Below are positions 29,501 to 39,171 of a DNA stretch of 55,872 nt, one piece after another; within the stretch, counting starts at the first letter, position 1; the number at the start of each line of letters is the position of its first letter. The stretch is from Pseudomonadota bacterium (lineage in GTDB: Bacteria > Desulfobacterota > Syntrophia > Syntrophales > UBA5619). The notes under the pieces are model-generated. The model was not told the origin of the DNA. It saw only the letters and a program-made list of their open reading frames with translations, and searched no databases. A program made the position numbers and the translations under genes. The DNA is taken from positions 1 to 55,872 of the forward strand of contig JAHJXP010000008.1 in the NCBI GenBank assembly GCA_018827585.1. The letters are read 5' to 3'.

Positions 29501-31465
29501 TCACTCTTCCGTCACGAACATGGCTATCCGGTAACAGCGGAGGCACCTTTCCGCCTCGCGGATTGCCTCTTTGGGCATGTAGCCGCCCTCGATTTCATCG
29601 AAGTCGCCCATGCGCTCCTCGACCGGTCTGGGCTCGAGGTGACGCCGCGGTTTATTGCCGACCCTGTTCACCGGCGATTGAGGCAGGTCCATCGCCTTGA
29701 GCATCCTGAAGATCCGTTCGCTCTCGGGCGGTCCCATCGTTTCGCCCCGCAGGTAAAGATCGATCGAATGCGCGGCGTGGATGCCATGGCCCATGGCGTC
29801 GATCAGCGCCTTGGGCCCCGTCACGCAATCGCCGCCGGAGAATATTCCCTCCCGGCTGCTCATGAGCGTGTTTTCATCCACCTCCACCGTGCCCCATTTC
29901 GTTGTTTTAATCGGCATATCGCCGCTGATGAGCGAAAGATCGGTTGCCTGTCCGATCGCCGGGATGACGATGTCGCAGGCAAACAGGAATTCGGAGCCCT
30001 TGACCTCGACCGGGCGCCGGCGGCCCGAGGCGTCCGGTTCCCCGAGTTCCATCCTGATGCACGTGATGCCCGTGACCTTTCCGTCGCTAACTTCCAGCCT
30101 GATTGGATGCGTGAGGAAATGGATTTCGACGCCTTCGAGTTTGGCGTCCCGGATCTCCTCGTTGTCGGCGGGCATTTCTTTTTCGGTCCGCCGGTAGACG
30201 ATGCTCACTTGGGGGTAGCCGAGCCGCCGGGCGCTGCGGGCGCAGTCCATCGCCACATTCCCGCCGCCGACGACGACCACGTGTTTCCCTTCGGGCGGCG
30301 TGAACTCGCCTCTCGGATGCAGGAGATTGAGGTCCCTGAGGAACGTCACGCCCGCGACAAGTCCGCTCGGCTTGGCCTCCTCGCCCTCCATCCCGATCAT
30401 CTTGCTGCCGTGGGCGCCGATGGCCATCAGGACAGCGTCGTATTCGGAGCGGAGCTGTTTGAGCGTGACGTCGCGCCCGATCCGGACGCCGTAATGGAAT
30501 TCCACCCCTTCGGCGGCGATCCGGTTCACTTCCGTATTGATGATCTCACGGGGCAGGCGGTAGTCGGGGATGCCGACCGCGCTCATTCCGCCCGGCTCCC
30601 GGAGTTCCTCGAACACCTTGACGCCGTAGCCTTTCCGCCTCAGGAAAAATGCTGCGGTCAGGCCGCACGGCCCGGCGCCGATGATCGCGATTTTCTTGTC
30701 CGAACTCAGCGGGGTCGGTTCAACCGACCGGAGCCGGGTCATCGCGTAGGAAAAGATCTGGTCGTTTACGAAGCGTTTGAGGTATTTGATGGAAATCGGT
30801 TCGTCCAGTTCCGCCCGGCGGCAGACGAACTCGCACGGCCTGACGCAGACGCGGCCGCAGATCCCCGCCAGCGGGTTCTTGCGTCCGATGATTGCGAGGC
30901 TTTCGAAGTAATTGCCGCTCCGGATCGCGTCGACATAGCTCGGGATGTCGAGATGCGCGGGGCAGGCCTCGATGCAGGGCGCGGTGGCGATCGAATGATA
31001 CGCCCCGCGCGGAACGGGCCGCCGTTCCCGGACGGCCTGCTCGAAGACCTCGGGCATGGTCTTCATGGCCTTCAGGAGCGCGCTCATGGAGGTGTGTCCG
31101 AGTTCGCACAGCGATGAATCCCGGATCACCAGCGCAAGTTTGCGGATCTCCTCAAGGTCCTGTTCCCGTCCGAAGCCGTCCGCTATCGAGCCGAGCTTGT
31201 CGGCCATTATCTTTGTGCCGATCCGGCACGGGGTGCAGTAGCCGCAGCTTTCTTCCTGCACTTTCTGGACGTACGCCCTGAACATGTCGACGACGGGCGC
31301 CTCGCGGTCGAAAATGAAAAAACCGTCCCAGCCGATAAAGGCCCGGAGACGATTGTCCTTCTCGAGTTCATCGAGACCGGGATACCCGTCCTCGATAAGG
31401 CGTTTCGGGGTGTTCCGATTGTCGATCAGGTCGTCCTGCCAGCAACCGATGATCACTTTAGCCAC
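29501..31465 (-). CDS. FDH-associated NAD(P)H oxidoreductase subunit: NuoF C-terminal (4Fe-4S) module fused to a GltD-like FAD/NAD(P) module
   Basis: 654 aa. It has ...EESCGYCTPCRIGT... (NuoF-type cluster), then ...CIEACPAHLDIPSYV...CGRVCVRPCE... and KKIAIIGAGPCGLTAAFFL (GltD-like). The architecture resembles the SfrB / NADP-FDH beta type (from memory). Confidence 0.75.
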   Translation of the reverse strand: MAKVIIGCWQDDLIDNRNTPKRLIEDGYPGLDELEKDNRLRAFIGWDGFFIFDREAPVVDMFRAYVQKVQEESCGYCTPCRIGTKIMADKLGSIADGFGREQDLEEIRKLALVIRDSSLCELGHTSMSALLKAMKTMPEVFEQAVRERRPVPRGAYHSIATAPCIEACPAHLDIPSYVDAIRSGNYFESLAIIGRKNPLAGICGRVCVRPCEFVCRRAELDEPISIKYLKRFVNDQIFSYAMTRLRSVEPTPLSSDKKIAIIGAGPCGLTAAFFLRRKGYGVKVFEELREPGGMSAVGIPDYRLPREIINTEVNRIAAEGVEFHYGVRIGRDVTLKQLRSEYDAVLMAIGAHGSKMIGMEGEEAKPSGLVAGVTFLRDLNLLHPRGEFTPPEGKHVVVVGGGNVAMDCARSARRLGYPQVSIVYRRTEKEMPADNEEIRDAKLEGVEIHFLTHPIRLEVSDGKVTGITCIRMELGEPDASGRRRPVEVKGSEFLFACDIVIPAIGQATDLSLISGDMPIKTTKWGTVEVDENTLMSSREGIFSGGDCVTGPKALIDAMGHGIHAAHSIDLYLRGETMGPPESERIFRMLKAMDLPQSPVNRVGNKPRRHLEPRPVEERMGDFDEIEGGYMPKEAIREAERCLRCYRIAMFVTEE

Positions 31466-31489
31466 GATCGAGACCCCTTGACAGCAAAA

Positions 31490-32116
31490 TCACCATATCT
31501 CTCTTTCAAGCCTTCTCACCATCGCCATCATCTGTTTTTCATTCAGCCGGCCGACGTTTTCCTCGATCCAGCGCACATCCCCGAGGGCTATGGCGCTCTT
31601 CGCTTCCGGGCTTATGTGGTAGTCTTTCAGGGCGTCTGCCCCTTCAACGTAGAGCCGGTCGAAGAAATCGGGATCATCGACCGTGCGGTCGAGAATCTGC
31701 AGGACGAGCGTTTCCCGCATCGCCTTCTTCGGGTTCTGTTTGCCGATGGCGTCGAAGACCGCATCCCGGAGTTCCTTGGGCGTGAACGGCTTGGGGATGT
31801 AGTCGTATGCCCCGAGCTTCATCACCTCGCGGGCCGTGTCCATGGACGGATATCCGGTGATGACGACCACGGTGAGGCCGGGATTGCTTTTCCGCAAGCG
31901 GCGTATCACCTCGACCCCGTTGAGTTCGGGCATCATGATGTCGGTGACGAACAGGTCCACGTCCCCGCCGCCTGCGATTGCGAAACATTCCTGCACGGAC
32001 GTCGTCGTCATTACCTCGAACCCCGTGCCGTCGAGGATGTCCCTGCACGTTCTGAGGATCACCTCCTCATCGTCCAGGACCAGGATCTTTTTTACCTTCT
32101 CTTCCATGGCGGTCAT
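31490..32116 (-). CDS. Receiver-domain protein with an uncharacterised ~85-aa C-terminal domain
   Basis: The N-terminal ILVLDDEEV...DLFVTDIMMPELNG...AYDYIPKPF is a receiver. I cannot assign the C-terminal DPDFFDRLYVEGADALKDYHISPEAKSAIALGDVRWIEENVG... to a family. Confidence 0.75.
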   Translation of the reverse strand: MTAMEEKVKKILVLDDEEVILRTCRDILDGTGFEVMTTTSVQECFAIAGGGDVDLFVTDIMMPELNGVEVIRRLRKSNPGLTVVVITGYPSMDTAREVMKLGAYDYIPKPFTPKELRDAVFDAIGKQNPKKAMRETLVLQILDRTVDDPDFFDRLYVEGADALKDYHISPEAKSAIALGDVRWIEENVGRLNEKQMMAMVRRLEREIW

Positions 32117-32178
32117 TGCTCTTTCCCCTGTTTTCGAACAACATTTGATTGATGAGAAGTTGTTTTTTTTGCAGGGAA

Positions 32179-32207
32179 AAGATACGGATAACGATCCTGC
32201 ATGTCAA
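32179..32207 (-). promoter_or_regulatory. Candidate sigma70 promoter of the receiver-fdhBA-kinase operon
   Basis: On the minus strand: TTGACA (32202-32207), 17-nt spacer, TATCTT (32179-32184). Confidence 0.4.
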
Positions 32208-32255
32208 GAAGTATCTGCACCAATTTACGGTAACGGATTTCCCGGGCGCCATCTC

Positions 32256-33797
32256 TCAACCGCCCTCCTGTTGCCGGCATCCCTCTTCCGCGGATGCGGT
32301 TCGGAAGGGGGCGTTTATGACCCTTGCCCCGGCCTTCCCGAGCTTCAGGCAATGGTCGATGCAGGGGATCATCTCCTCCTCGTGGTGCGTGACGTAGATC
32401 AGGCCGGTCGCCGTCCGCCTCCCGATGTTCTGAAGGAGTGCAAGCACCATCTCCCGGTTGGCCCGGTCCAGTCCCTGACAGGGCTCGTCCAGGAGCAACA
32501 GCTCCGGCGACTTGACCATCGCCCGGACGATGAGCGCCAGTCGCTTCTCCCCATAGGAGAGGTGACTGAACGTCTTGTATGCCATGTCCTGCAGGCCGAG
32601 GCATTCCAGCCACCGGTCGGCAAGGGCTTCCTGTTCGGGGTTCGTTTGCCGGTAGAGGCCGATCGAATCGAAGAAGCCGGAAAGGACGACCTCCCGGACG
32701 GGCGCCTGTCGCCGGTACCGGAACTGCAGCTCGGGCGAGACCAGCCCGATCCGGCGCCGGATCTCCCAGATGCTCTCCCCTTCGCCCCTCTTTTTCCCGA
32801 AGAGAAAGACCTCGTTGGCGTAGACCTGCAGATTGTCTCCAGTGATCAGGCCCAGGAGCGTGGTTTTGCCCGAGCCGTTCGGTCCGACGACGGCCCAGTG
32901 TTCGCCGCGCCGGACGGTCCAGTTGAGGCCCTCGATGACGACGAGGTCCCCGTAGGCGACATGGATGTTCTTCATCTCCACAAGGGGACCGGCGGCGGGC
33001 GGCGTTGCGGTCCGTTCGTCCGGCGCCGGCAGAGGCCTTTCCTGAAGGATCTGCGGCAATCCGGCAAGAGTTTTCATCCGGGCGGGCGTGATGACCGCGC
33101 TCCGCGTCCCGGCATGGACGACCCGGCCGTCCTGGATGACCAGCAGGTGCGAGACGCCCGGGATCACCTCCTCGATCCGATGCGTGACCAGGATCATCTG
33201 CGTCCCTTTTTCCATCATCTCCGTAATGGAGGAGGCCAGGGATTTCCGGCTTTCCACGTCCAGACCGGCGAACGGGTCGTCCAGGATCAGGATCTTCGGA
33301 GAGGGGAGGAGGGCGCGGGCGATGAAGAGCTTGCGAGTCTCCCCGTTGGACAGGGTGCGGATGCCGTGGCCGAGCAGGGTGCGGAGCTTCAGGGTGTCCA
33401 CCAGGCGGTCGAAGGCGGCCTGGTTCCCGTCGTTCTCCCGGAGCAGATCCCCCGCTGTCAGGGAATGTCCCTTCCCGCCGCTGAAAAAACGGGCCTCCTC
33501 GAGACGATCTTCGCGCAGGAGGATCTGTTCCTGGAGTTCGAAGGAGACGTAGCCGATCTTCTCTCCCCGCGCTTCCGGCTCGTGGCGGGTGAGTTTCCCC
33601 CGGACATGCGGCACCTCGCCCTTGATCGCCCTGGCCAGCGCCGATTTCCCGGATCCGTTGGGTCCCAGGATGGCCCAGTTTTCCCCGGCGCGGATCTCCC
33701 AGGAGGTTCCGGGGAGGAGCATTTTCCCTCCGAGACGCAGGGTGACGTCCTCCAGTGTGATAAGGCGTTTGTTCTGTTTATCCGAATAGAAATCCAA
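32256..33797 (-). CDS. Duplicated ABC ATPase, ModF-like (no membrane domain)
   Basis: 513 aa with two Walker A sites (GPNGSGKSALARAI and GPNGSGKTTLLGLI) and two signature motifs. TTG start with a GGGAGGA SD. Confidence 0.7.
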   Translation of the reverse strand: MDFYSDKQNKRLITLEDVTLRLGGKMLLPGTSWEIRAGENWAILGPNGSGKSALARAIKGEVPHVRGKLTRHEPEARGEKIGYVSFELQEQILLREDRLEEARFFSGGKGHSLTAGDLLRENDGNQAAFDRLVDTLKLRTLLGHGIRTLSNGETRKLFIARALLPSPKILILDDPFAGLDVESRKSLASSITEMMEKGTQMILVTHRIEEVIPGVSHLLVIQDGRVVHAGTRSAVITPARMKTLAGLPQILQERPLPAPDERTATPPAAGPLVEMKNIHVAYGDLVVIEGLNWTVRRGEHWAVVGPNGSGKTTLLGLITGDNLQVYANEVFLFGKKRGEGESIWEIRRRIGLVSPELQFRYRRQAPVREVVLSGFFDSIGLYRQTNPEQEALADRWLECLGLQDMAYKTFSHLSYGEKRLALIVRAMVKSPELLLLDEPCQGLDRANREMVLALLQNIGRRTATGLIYVTHHEEEMIPCIDHCLKLGKAGARVINAPFRTASAEEGCRQQEGG

Positions 33798-33971
33798 AAG
33801 GTTGTAATCCTCCCGTTCTTCTGGTAGAGTGCGCGCCGTCGGGATCGTCCGGCACGGGCCGCTTATGGATAGCAGAAAACAAAAAAAATGCCACTATTTT
33901 CTGAACTGCTTTCCGGGCAATATCATAATCGGCTGCCGCCTGCGGCGGCGCCTTGAGGAGGGTGAAGGAGG

Positions 33972-34886
33972 ATGAACAAGCGTGTGGTGTATCTCGGCGG
34001 GGAGTACCGTCCCTGGGACGAGGCGAAGGTCCATATCATGTGTCACAGCTTCGGTCGGGGATCGGCTATTTTCGAGGTGATCGGGTTTCACGGGACCGGG
34101 AGCGGGCCGGCCGTTTTCCGTCTTGACGAGTATGTCTCCCGTTTCTTCAGATCGGCCTCCCTGCTCGAAATGGATCCGCCCCTCACCCCGGAAGGGCTGC
34201 AGGAGGCTATCCTGCAAACGGTGAAGCGCAGCGGTCTCCGGAGCGGCTTCATCAAGGTGTTCGGCTTCTACCCGGAGATCTCCTTCAAGATCCTGCCCCC
34301 TCAGCAGAGATTTCAGGTCGCCGTCTTCGTGTTTTCCCCGGAGGAGGCGCTCGGCGATCAGCAGGAATCGGTGAACGGCAGTGTGACCGCGTGCGTTTCG
34401 CGCTGGCGCCGGCTGGACCCCCAGACGGTCCCCGTCGAGGCCAAGGTGGCGGCCAACTATGTCAACGGGATGGCGGCCCGGATGGAATCGCGGGAACGGG
34501 GCTTCGATTACGCCGTCCTGCTCGATACGCAGGGGTTCCTTGCCGAGGGGGGGACCGAATCGCTCTTCCTCGTCCGGGAGGGCCGGCTTCTCACGCCGTC
34601 CCTGGGGACGGTGCTCCAGAGCGTCACGCGGAAATCCCTTCTGGCGGTTGCGGAGGAGATGGGGATTGAGACGTTCGCCGGCCGCCTGAGCCCGGGGCTT
34701 TTGGAGGAAGCGGAGGAGATATTCTTCTCCGGCACGTCGGCCAAACTCCTCCCCGTCCGGCAGGCGGGAGACCGAGTCCTGGAGGATGTCCCCGGACCGG
34801 TCACGCGGAGACTCGCCGAACGGATGGCGACGATCACCTCCGGTCGCGACAGCCGGTTTCAGGAATGGCTCTTTCCCGCCTCCTGA
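33972..34886 (+). CDS. Class IV (branched-chain/D-amino-acid) aminotransferase
   Basis: 304 aa. ...EAKVAANYVNGMAARMESRERGFDYAVLLDTQGFLAEGGTESLFLV... is the fold-type IV pattern. Confidence 0.8.
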   Translation: MNKRVVYLGGEYRPWDEAKVHIMCHSFGRGSAIFEVIGFHGTGSGPAVFRLDEYVSRFFRSASLLEMDPPLTPEGLQEAILQTVKRSGLRSGFIKVFGFYPEISFKILPPQQRFQVAVFVFSPEEALGDQQESVNGSVTACVSRWRRLDPQTVPVEAKVAANYVNGMAARMESRERGFDYAVLLDTQGFLAEGGTESLFLVREGRLLTPSLGTVLQSVTRKSLLAVAEEMGIETFAGRLSPGLLEEAEEIFFSGTSAKLLPVRQAGDRVLEDVPGPVTRRLAERMATITSGRDSRFQEWLFPAS

Positions 34887-34969
34887 CACTCATCCGTTCA
34901 TCTCCGCCCGTATCCTGATCAGCTCGGCGGCGATGCTTACGGCGATCTCGGCGGGGATCAGAATGCAAA

Positions 34970-34992
34970 GCGGGTTGCACAGTGCAACCCGC
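34970..34992. terminator. Bidirectional terminator hairpin between convergent genes
   Basis: GCGGGTTGCAC-A-GTGCAACCCGC is an 11-bp perfect inverted repeat, with T-rich sequence on both sides. Confidence 0.65.
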
Positions 34993-35001
34993 CGGTTGTT
35001 T

Positions 35002-35703
35002 CTATTCTTCCTGCCGCCGGTCCTTCCAGGACAGGAAGGCCTGCCTGATCGTCGCCACTGCCCCTTCCACCCCGAGTTTTCCGGTATTGACGACGAGGTC
35101 GTAGTGGATGGGATCCGCCCAGTCGGCGTGAAAGTGTTTGCGCATGAAGGCCGACCGGTCGCCGTCCGTCTTGAAGACGTACCGTTCCGAGGTCTCGAAA
35201 TCGGCGCCGGAATCCCGCATGACGTTGCTGATCCTGATTTCCCGGGGGGCGATGAGGCGAACATGGAACGTCTCCTCGGGGGGGAGGATGAAGTTGGCGC
35301 CCCGGCCTACGACGATGGTGTTGCCCTGCTTGCCGATGGTTCCGATGACCCTGGTCAGGTGGTGAAGGTACTCGTCGGGCCAGAGATGGCGCGTGCGGAA
35401 TAGAGAGGTCAGCCAGAGGTCCCGCATCGTGACGTCCTTCTCGTCCAGGGAGGCGATCACCTTTTCGCTCATGTCCGCCTGTTCGGCGATCTGCTGGATG
35501 ATCTGGGCGCCGATGAGGTCCATGCCCAAATCCCTGGCCAGGCGCCGGGCGATCTCGCTGCCGCCGCTTCCCGCTTCCCGGGACACGGTGATCACGGGAC
35601 CGGGCTTGACGTCCTCCCGCTTCCGTTCGGTCTTCATGCTGTGCCACTTGGACAGTTGCTCTTCCACGAGGCGGTCCAGCGAACGACTCGGTGTTCTTGG
35701 CAT
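35002..35703 (-). CDS. Cytidylate kinase-like family P-loop protein
   Basis: ...VITVSREAGSGGSEIARRLARDLGMDLIG... is typical of the cytidylate-kinase-like (non-Cmk) family. Confidence 0.7.
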   Translation of the reverse strand: MPRTPSRSLDRLVEEQLSKWHSMKTERKREDVKPGPVITVSREAGSGGSEIARRLARDLGMDLIGAQIIQQIAEQADMSEKVIASLDEKDVTMRDLWLTSLFRTRHLWPDEYLHHLTRVIGTIGKQGNTIVVGRGANFILPPEETFHVRLIAPREIRISNVMRDSGADFETSERYVFKTDGDRSAFMRKHFHADWADPIHYDLVVNTGKLGVEGAVATIRQAFLSWKDRRQEE

Positions 35704-35750
35704 AGGCGATCTCCTTCACCGGAAAAAGGATTTTCCCTTTCCCTTGCGCC

Positions 35751-37223
35751 TCATTCCTTCAATGTCACCACCTTCATGGTGTTGGTGGTGCCGGTCCTCC
35801 AGAGGGGCAGGCCCATCGTGATGACTACCCTGTCTCCGGGTCTGAGGTCCTCCCGCTTGAGCAGTTGCCGTTCCACCCGGTCCACCATCACATCGGAAGA
35901 ATCCGTCCGGGAGACGCGCAGGGCGTCCACCCCGCGCAGCAGGCCCAGGCGGCGGGCATTATGCAGGTCCGAGGTGACGCCGAGCACGGGCGTATTGGCC
36001 GCCAGGCGGCTCACCATGCGGGCGCTGCCGCCGCCCTCCGTAAAGACCACGATCAGTTTGGCGGCGATGTCCTCCGCCGTCCGGCAGGCGGCGAAGGCCA
36101 GGGAGACATCCGTGTTTGCGGTTAGCTTCTCGTTGAGGCAATCGGCAAAGCGTCCCAGGCGGGGCCGGTAATGGTTGTCAGCGTCCTCGGCGATGCGGGC
36201 GAGCCATCGCACCGCTTCCAGGGGATGCCTGCCGACGGCGCTCTCGGCGCTCAGCATGACGGCGTCCGTCCCGTCCCAGATGGCGTTGGCCACGTCGCTG
36301 GCTTCGGCGCGGGTCGGCTGGGGATTCTCGATCATGCTCTCCAGCATCTGGGTGGCCGTGATGACGGGCTTGAGGGCCATTTTTGCCTTCCGGATGATGT
36401 GCTTCTGCAGGGCCGGCACCCTCTCGACGCCGCATTCCACCCCCAGGTCTCCCCGCGCCACCATGACGCCCCAGGCGACCTCCAGGATTTCATCAAGATT
36501 TTCCAGGGCCTTGGGGTGTTCGATCTTGGCGATGATGGTCTGGTGGCCTCCCAGCTCGCGGATGCGGTCCTCCAGGGCGCGGATGTCCTCGGCCCTGCGT
36601 ACGAAGCTCTGGGCGAAGAGGTCGACATCCTGGGAGACGCCCCAGCGGATGTCGTCGATGTCCTTCGGGGTGATGGGGTCGAAGGCGATATCCAGACCGA
36701 TAGGGAGGACGCCTTTGCGGGATTTGAGGACGCCGCCCGTGAGGACCCTGCTTTCGATGAGTCCCGGGAAGACCTGCACCACTTCCAGTTTGAGAGCGCC
36801 GTCGTCCATAAACCAGATCTGGCCGGTCTTGGCGCCTTTAAAGAGTTCAGGATGGGGCAGGGGGGCGGTCCACGGATATCCTTCCGGGGCGGGCTTTTCC
36901 GGGGCATAGAGCGCGCCGATGGCGCCGTCCGCCAATTCCTGATTCGCTTCCATCACGCCGATCCGCCACTTGGGACCCTGAAGATCCAGGAGCACCGGGA
37001 TCTCCCGGCCCAATTCCCGCGCCGTCTCCCGGATCAGGGCGAGCGTCCGGGTCCGTTCATCCATCGGGGAGTGACCGGCGTTGATGCGGATTACATCAGC
37101 CAGGGCGAGGCATTCCCGCAGGGGGCCTCCTGCGAGAAGGGCCGGCCCGACCGTGATCACCAGCTTGGTCTTGCGCACCTTTTCCTCCCGTCTTTCCAGA
37201 GTCGTTTCCGCCCCCGCCTTCAA
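35751..37223 (-). CDS. pyk: Pyruvate kinase
   Basis: ...TKLVITVGPA...IRINAGHS...LLDLQGPKWRIG...MVARGDLGVE...VITATQMLESM... Confidence 0.92.
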   Translation of the reverse strand: MKAGAETTLERREEKVRKTKLVITVGPALLAGGPLRECLALADVIRINAGHSPMDERTRTLALIRETARELGREIPVLLDLQGPKWRIGVMEANQELADGAIGALYAPEKPAPEGYPWTAPLPHPELFKGAKTGQIWFMDDGALKLEVVQVFPGLIESRVLTGGVLKSRKGVLPIGLDIAFDPITPKDIDDIRWGVSQDVDLFAQSFVRRAEDIRALEDRIRELGGHQTIIAKIEHPKALENLDEILEVAWGVMVARGDLGVECGVERVPALQKHIIRKAKMALKPVITATQMLESMIENPQPTRAEASDVANAIWDGTDAVMLSAESAVGRHPLEAVRWLARIAEDADNHYRPRLGRFADCLNEKLTANTDVSLAFAACRTAEDIAAKLIVVFTEGGGSARMVSRLAANTPVLGVTSDLHNARRLGLLRGVDALRVSRTDSSDVMVDRVERQLLKREDLRPGDRVVITMGLPLWRTGTTNTMKVVTLKE

Positions 37224-37340
37224 TGGGATAGATTCCGGCGGGAATCAAGTCATATCACAGGCTTTATGAACTCCCATTCTCGCGGGACGCAAAAGGAAAA
37301 CACAGGTCTGATAATAAGAAAGCCTTCTTCTCCTTAGCGC

Positions 37341-37370
37341 AGTATAAAGAAAGGTGTTCTTTAGTGTCAA
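37341..37370 (-). promoter_or_regulatory. Candidate sigma70 promoter for pyk
   Basis: On the minus strand: TTGACA (37365-37370), 18-nt spacer, TATACT (37341-37346). Confidence 0.45.
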
Positions 37371-37408
37371 TCATATTCGGAGGCGCCGGCCGGGACCTTC
37401 GGGCTGGC

Positions 37409-37930
37409 TCAGAACTGCGCGACCTTGCCGATGATCTCCTTCATGATCTCCGTCGTGCCGCCGCCGATGCTCAGGACCCGTGAATCGCGGTAGAGCCGCT
37501 CGACGAGATACTCTTTCGCATAACCGTAACCGCCGTGGAGTTGAACGGCGTCGTAGACCACCCGGTCGCAGGCCTGGCAGGCGAAGTTCTTGGCCATCGA
37601 GACCTCCTTTACGGCCTCCTTTCCCGCCTCCATCCGGGCGGCGACCCGGTAGTTGAACTCCCGGGCGACCTCCACGAGCGTGGCCATGTCGGCAAGCTTG
37701 TGGCGGGTCACCTGGAAACCGGCAAGGGTCCTGCCGAAGGCCTCCCGGCTCTTGGCGTATCTGAGCGACCCCTCCAGCGCCAGTGCCGCCACGGAGTGGG
37801 CCATGACGGCCAGCGCCAGGCGTTCGTTCTGGAAATTGGCCATGATCCCGGCAAACCCCTGGCCCTCGCCGCCGAGGAGGTTCTCCGCGGGCACCCGGCA
37901 GTCGACGAAGGAGAGCTCCGCCGTGTCCGA
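37409..37930 (-). pseudogene. Acyl-CoA dehydrogenase, C-terminal ~170 aa only (5'-truncated paralogue)
   Basis: ACAD homology starts abruptly at ...ASDTAELSFVDCRVPAENLLGGEGQGF... and runs to the normal C-terminus ...LSIGGGTTEIMKEIIGKVAQF. The N-terminal and middle domains are absent, and only about 70 nt separate it from the upstream ACAD stop. Confidence 0.7.
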
Positions 37931-38001
37931 GGCGGTTGGGTCGCGGGGTCGGCCCGTTCGGACAATTTGTCAGGCGGCGTCGGCGCAGTGCGGGCGGGCC
38001 C

Positions 38002-39159
38002 TCAGGCCGCCTTGAACCTATCCAGGCTGTCTTTGGCGATAAAGGCCCTCTGCATCTCCGAGGTTCCCCAGGCGATCTCGGCGAACCGGGCGTCGCGATA
38101 CAGGCGTTCCACCGCCGTTCCTTTCAGGTAACCGTGACCGCCGTGGACCTGCATGGCCAGAGAGGCGATTTTTCCGGCCGCCTCGCTCGTGAAGAGCTTC
38201 GCGCACGAGACGAGAACGGCGCTTTCCGGCTCGCCCTGCGCCATCGCCCAGGCGGCCCGGCAGATTATCATCCGGCCCAAGTCGTTGAAGGTGAACATGA
38301 TCGCAAGCTTCGCGCCGACCCCCTCGAAAAGGCCGATCGGCTTCCCGAAGGCCTTCTTTGCCTTGGCGTGGCGCGTCGACTCTTCCATGCAGGCCATGCC
38401 GATTCCCACGGACATGGCCGCGAGCGCGAGATTGACCTCCTGCATGATCAGGCGCACCTGGCCGTAACCGTTGCCTGCGGCGGACCCAAGGACGGCATCC
38501 TCCCCGACCGCGCAGTTCTCCATGCGGATTGCGGAGGTCAGGGCGCCGCGAAGGCCCATCGTTTCGACCGCCGGTCCGATCCGGATCCCTTCCGCAGACC
38601 GGTCGACCAGAAAGAGGGTCATCCCTCCCTCCATACCGGCGTTTCGTTCCGTCCAGGCGAGGATCAGAAAGGCGTCGGCGAGGGGCGCATTTGTCACGAG
38701 GTCCTTCTCGCCGTTGAGGACCCAGAGGCCCTCCCGTTTTTCCGCCGTGGTCGCCGCCCCTCCCAGGTCCGATCCCGCCTCCGCCTCCGTGCAGGCGAAG
38801 GCGCCGATCCTCTCGCCCGCGGCGAGGGGAGGAAGATGGATCTCCCGCTGGCCGTCCGTGCCGAAACGCTTTACGGCCCTTCCGAAGGCGGTCGCCGAGG
38901 ACATGGCCGCAAGAAATGTCGCGGGGCAGGCCCGGGCCAGCTCCTCTCCGGCGACGCACTTCCCGAGCGGGTCGTCGCCGAGGGCAAGCTCCAGGTAACC
39001 GGTGCGGGCGAGCTTTTCCATATTGGCCTTCATCCGGGCGGCGGCCTCTTCGCGCGGCGCTTCATCCAGGAGGGCGGCGCCGGGCCCGATCTCCCCCCGG
39101 CAGAACTTCCCTATCTCCGCTTGCAGCGTCTTGTGCGCGTCCGAAAGTTCGTAGTCCAT
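38002..39159 (-). CDS. Acyl-CoA dehydrogenase family protein (divergent)
   Basis: 385 aa. ...GAFACTEAEAGSD...VHGGHGYLKGTAVERLYRDARFAEIAWGTSEMQ... The canonical YEGT Glu position is W. Confidence 0.8.
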   Translation of the reverse strand: MDYELSDAHKTLQAEIGKFCRGEIGPGAALLDEAPREEAAARMKANMEKLARTGYLELALGDDPLGKCVAGEELARACPATFLAAMSSATAFGRAVKRFGTDGQREIHLPPLAAGERIGAFACTEAEAGSDLGGAATTAEKREGLWVLNGEKDLVTNAPLADAFLILAWTERNAGMEGGMTLFLVDRSAEGIRIGPAVETMGLRGALTSAIRMENCAVGEDAVLGSAAGNGYGQVRLIMQEVNLALAAMSVGIGMACMEESTRHAKAKKAFGKPIGLFEGVGAKLAIMFTFNDLGRMIICRAAWAMAQGEPESAVLVSCAKLFTSEAAGKIASLAMQVHGGHGYLKGTAVERLYRDARFAEIAWGTSEMQRAFIAKDSLDRFKAA

Positions 39160-39171
39160 CGCTTTGTCTCC

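Noticed and set aside
27069-29534. Very long antisense ORFs opposite real genes. Examples are 27069..29534 (821 aa), 31836..33827 (663 aa), 23724..25079, 37936..39579, 42729..44102 and 44284..45825.
   Set aside because: They are Arg/Gly/Pro/Asp-rich, low-complexity translations typical of the shadow strand in high-GC DNA. Each overlaps a gene with clear family motifs on the other strand.
32185-32235. Sigma54-type promoter (TGGTGCAG...) upstream of the FDH operon.
   Set aside because: There is no GC dinucleotide at the required -12 spacing from the GG. A sigma70-like TTGACA-17-TATCTT fits better.
33798-33900. Possible Moco riboswitch in the leader of the ModF-like gene.
   Set aside because: I could not match the leader to the Moco motif from memory. 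Only generic GC-rich pairings are visible. It would need a covariance-model scan before any claim.
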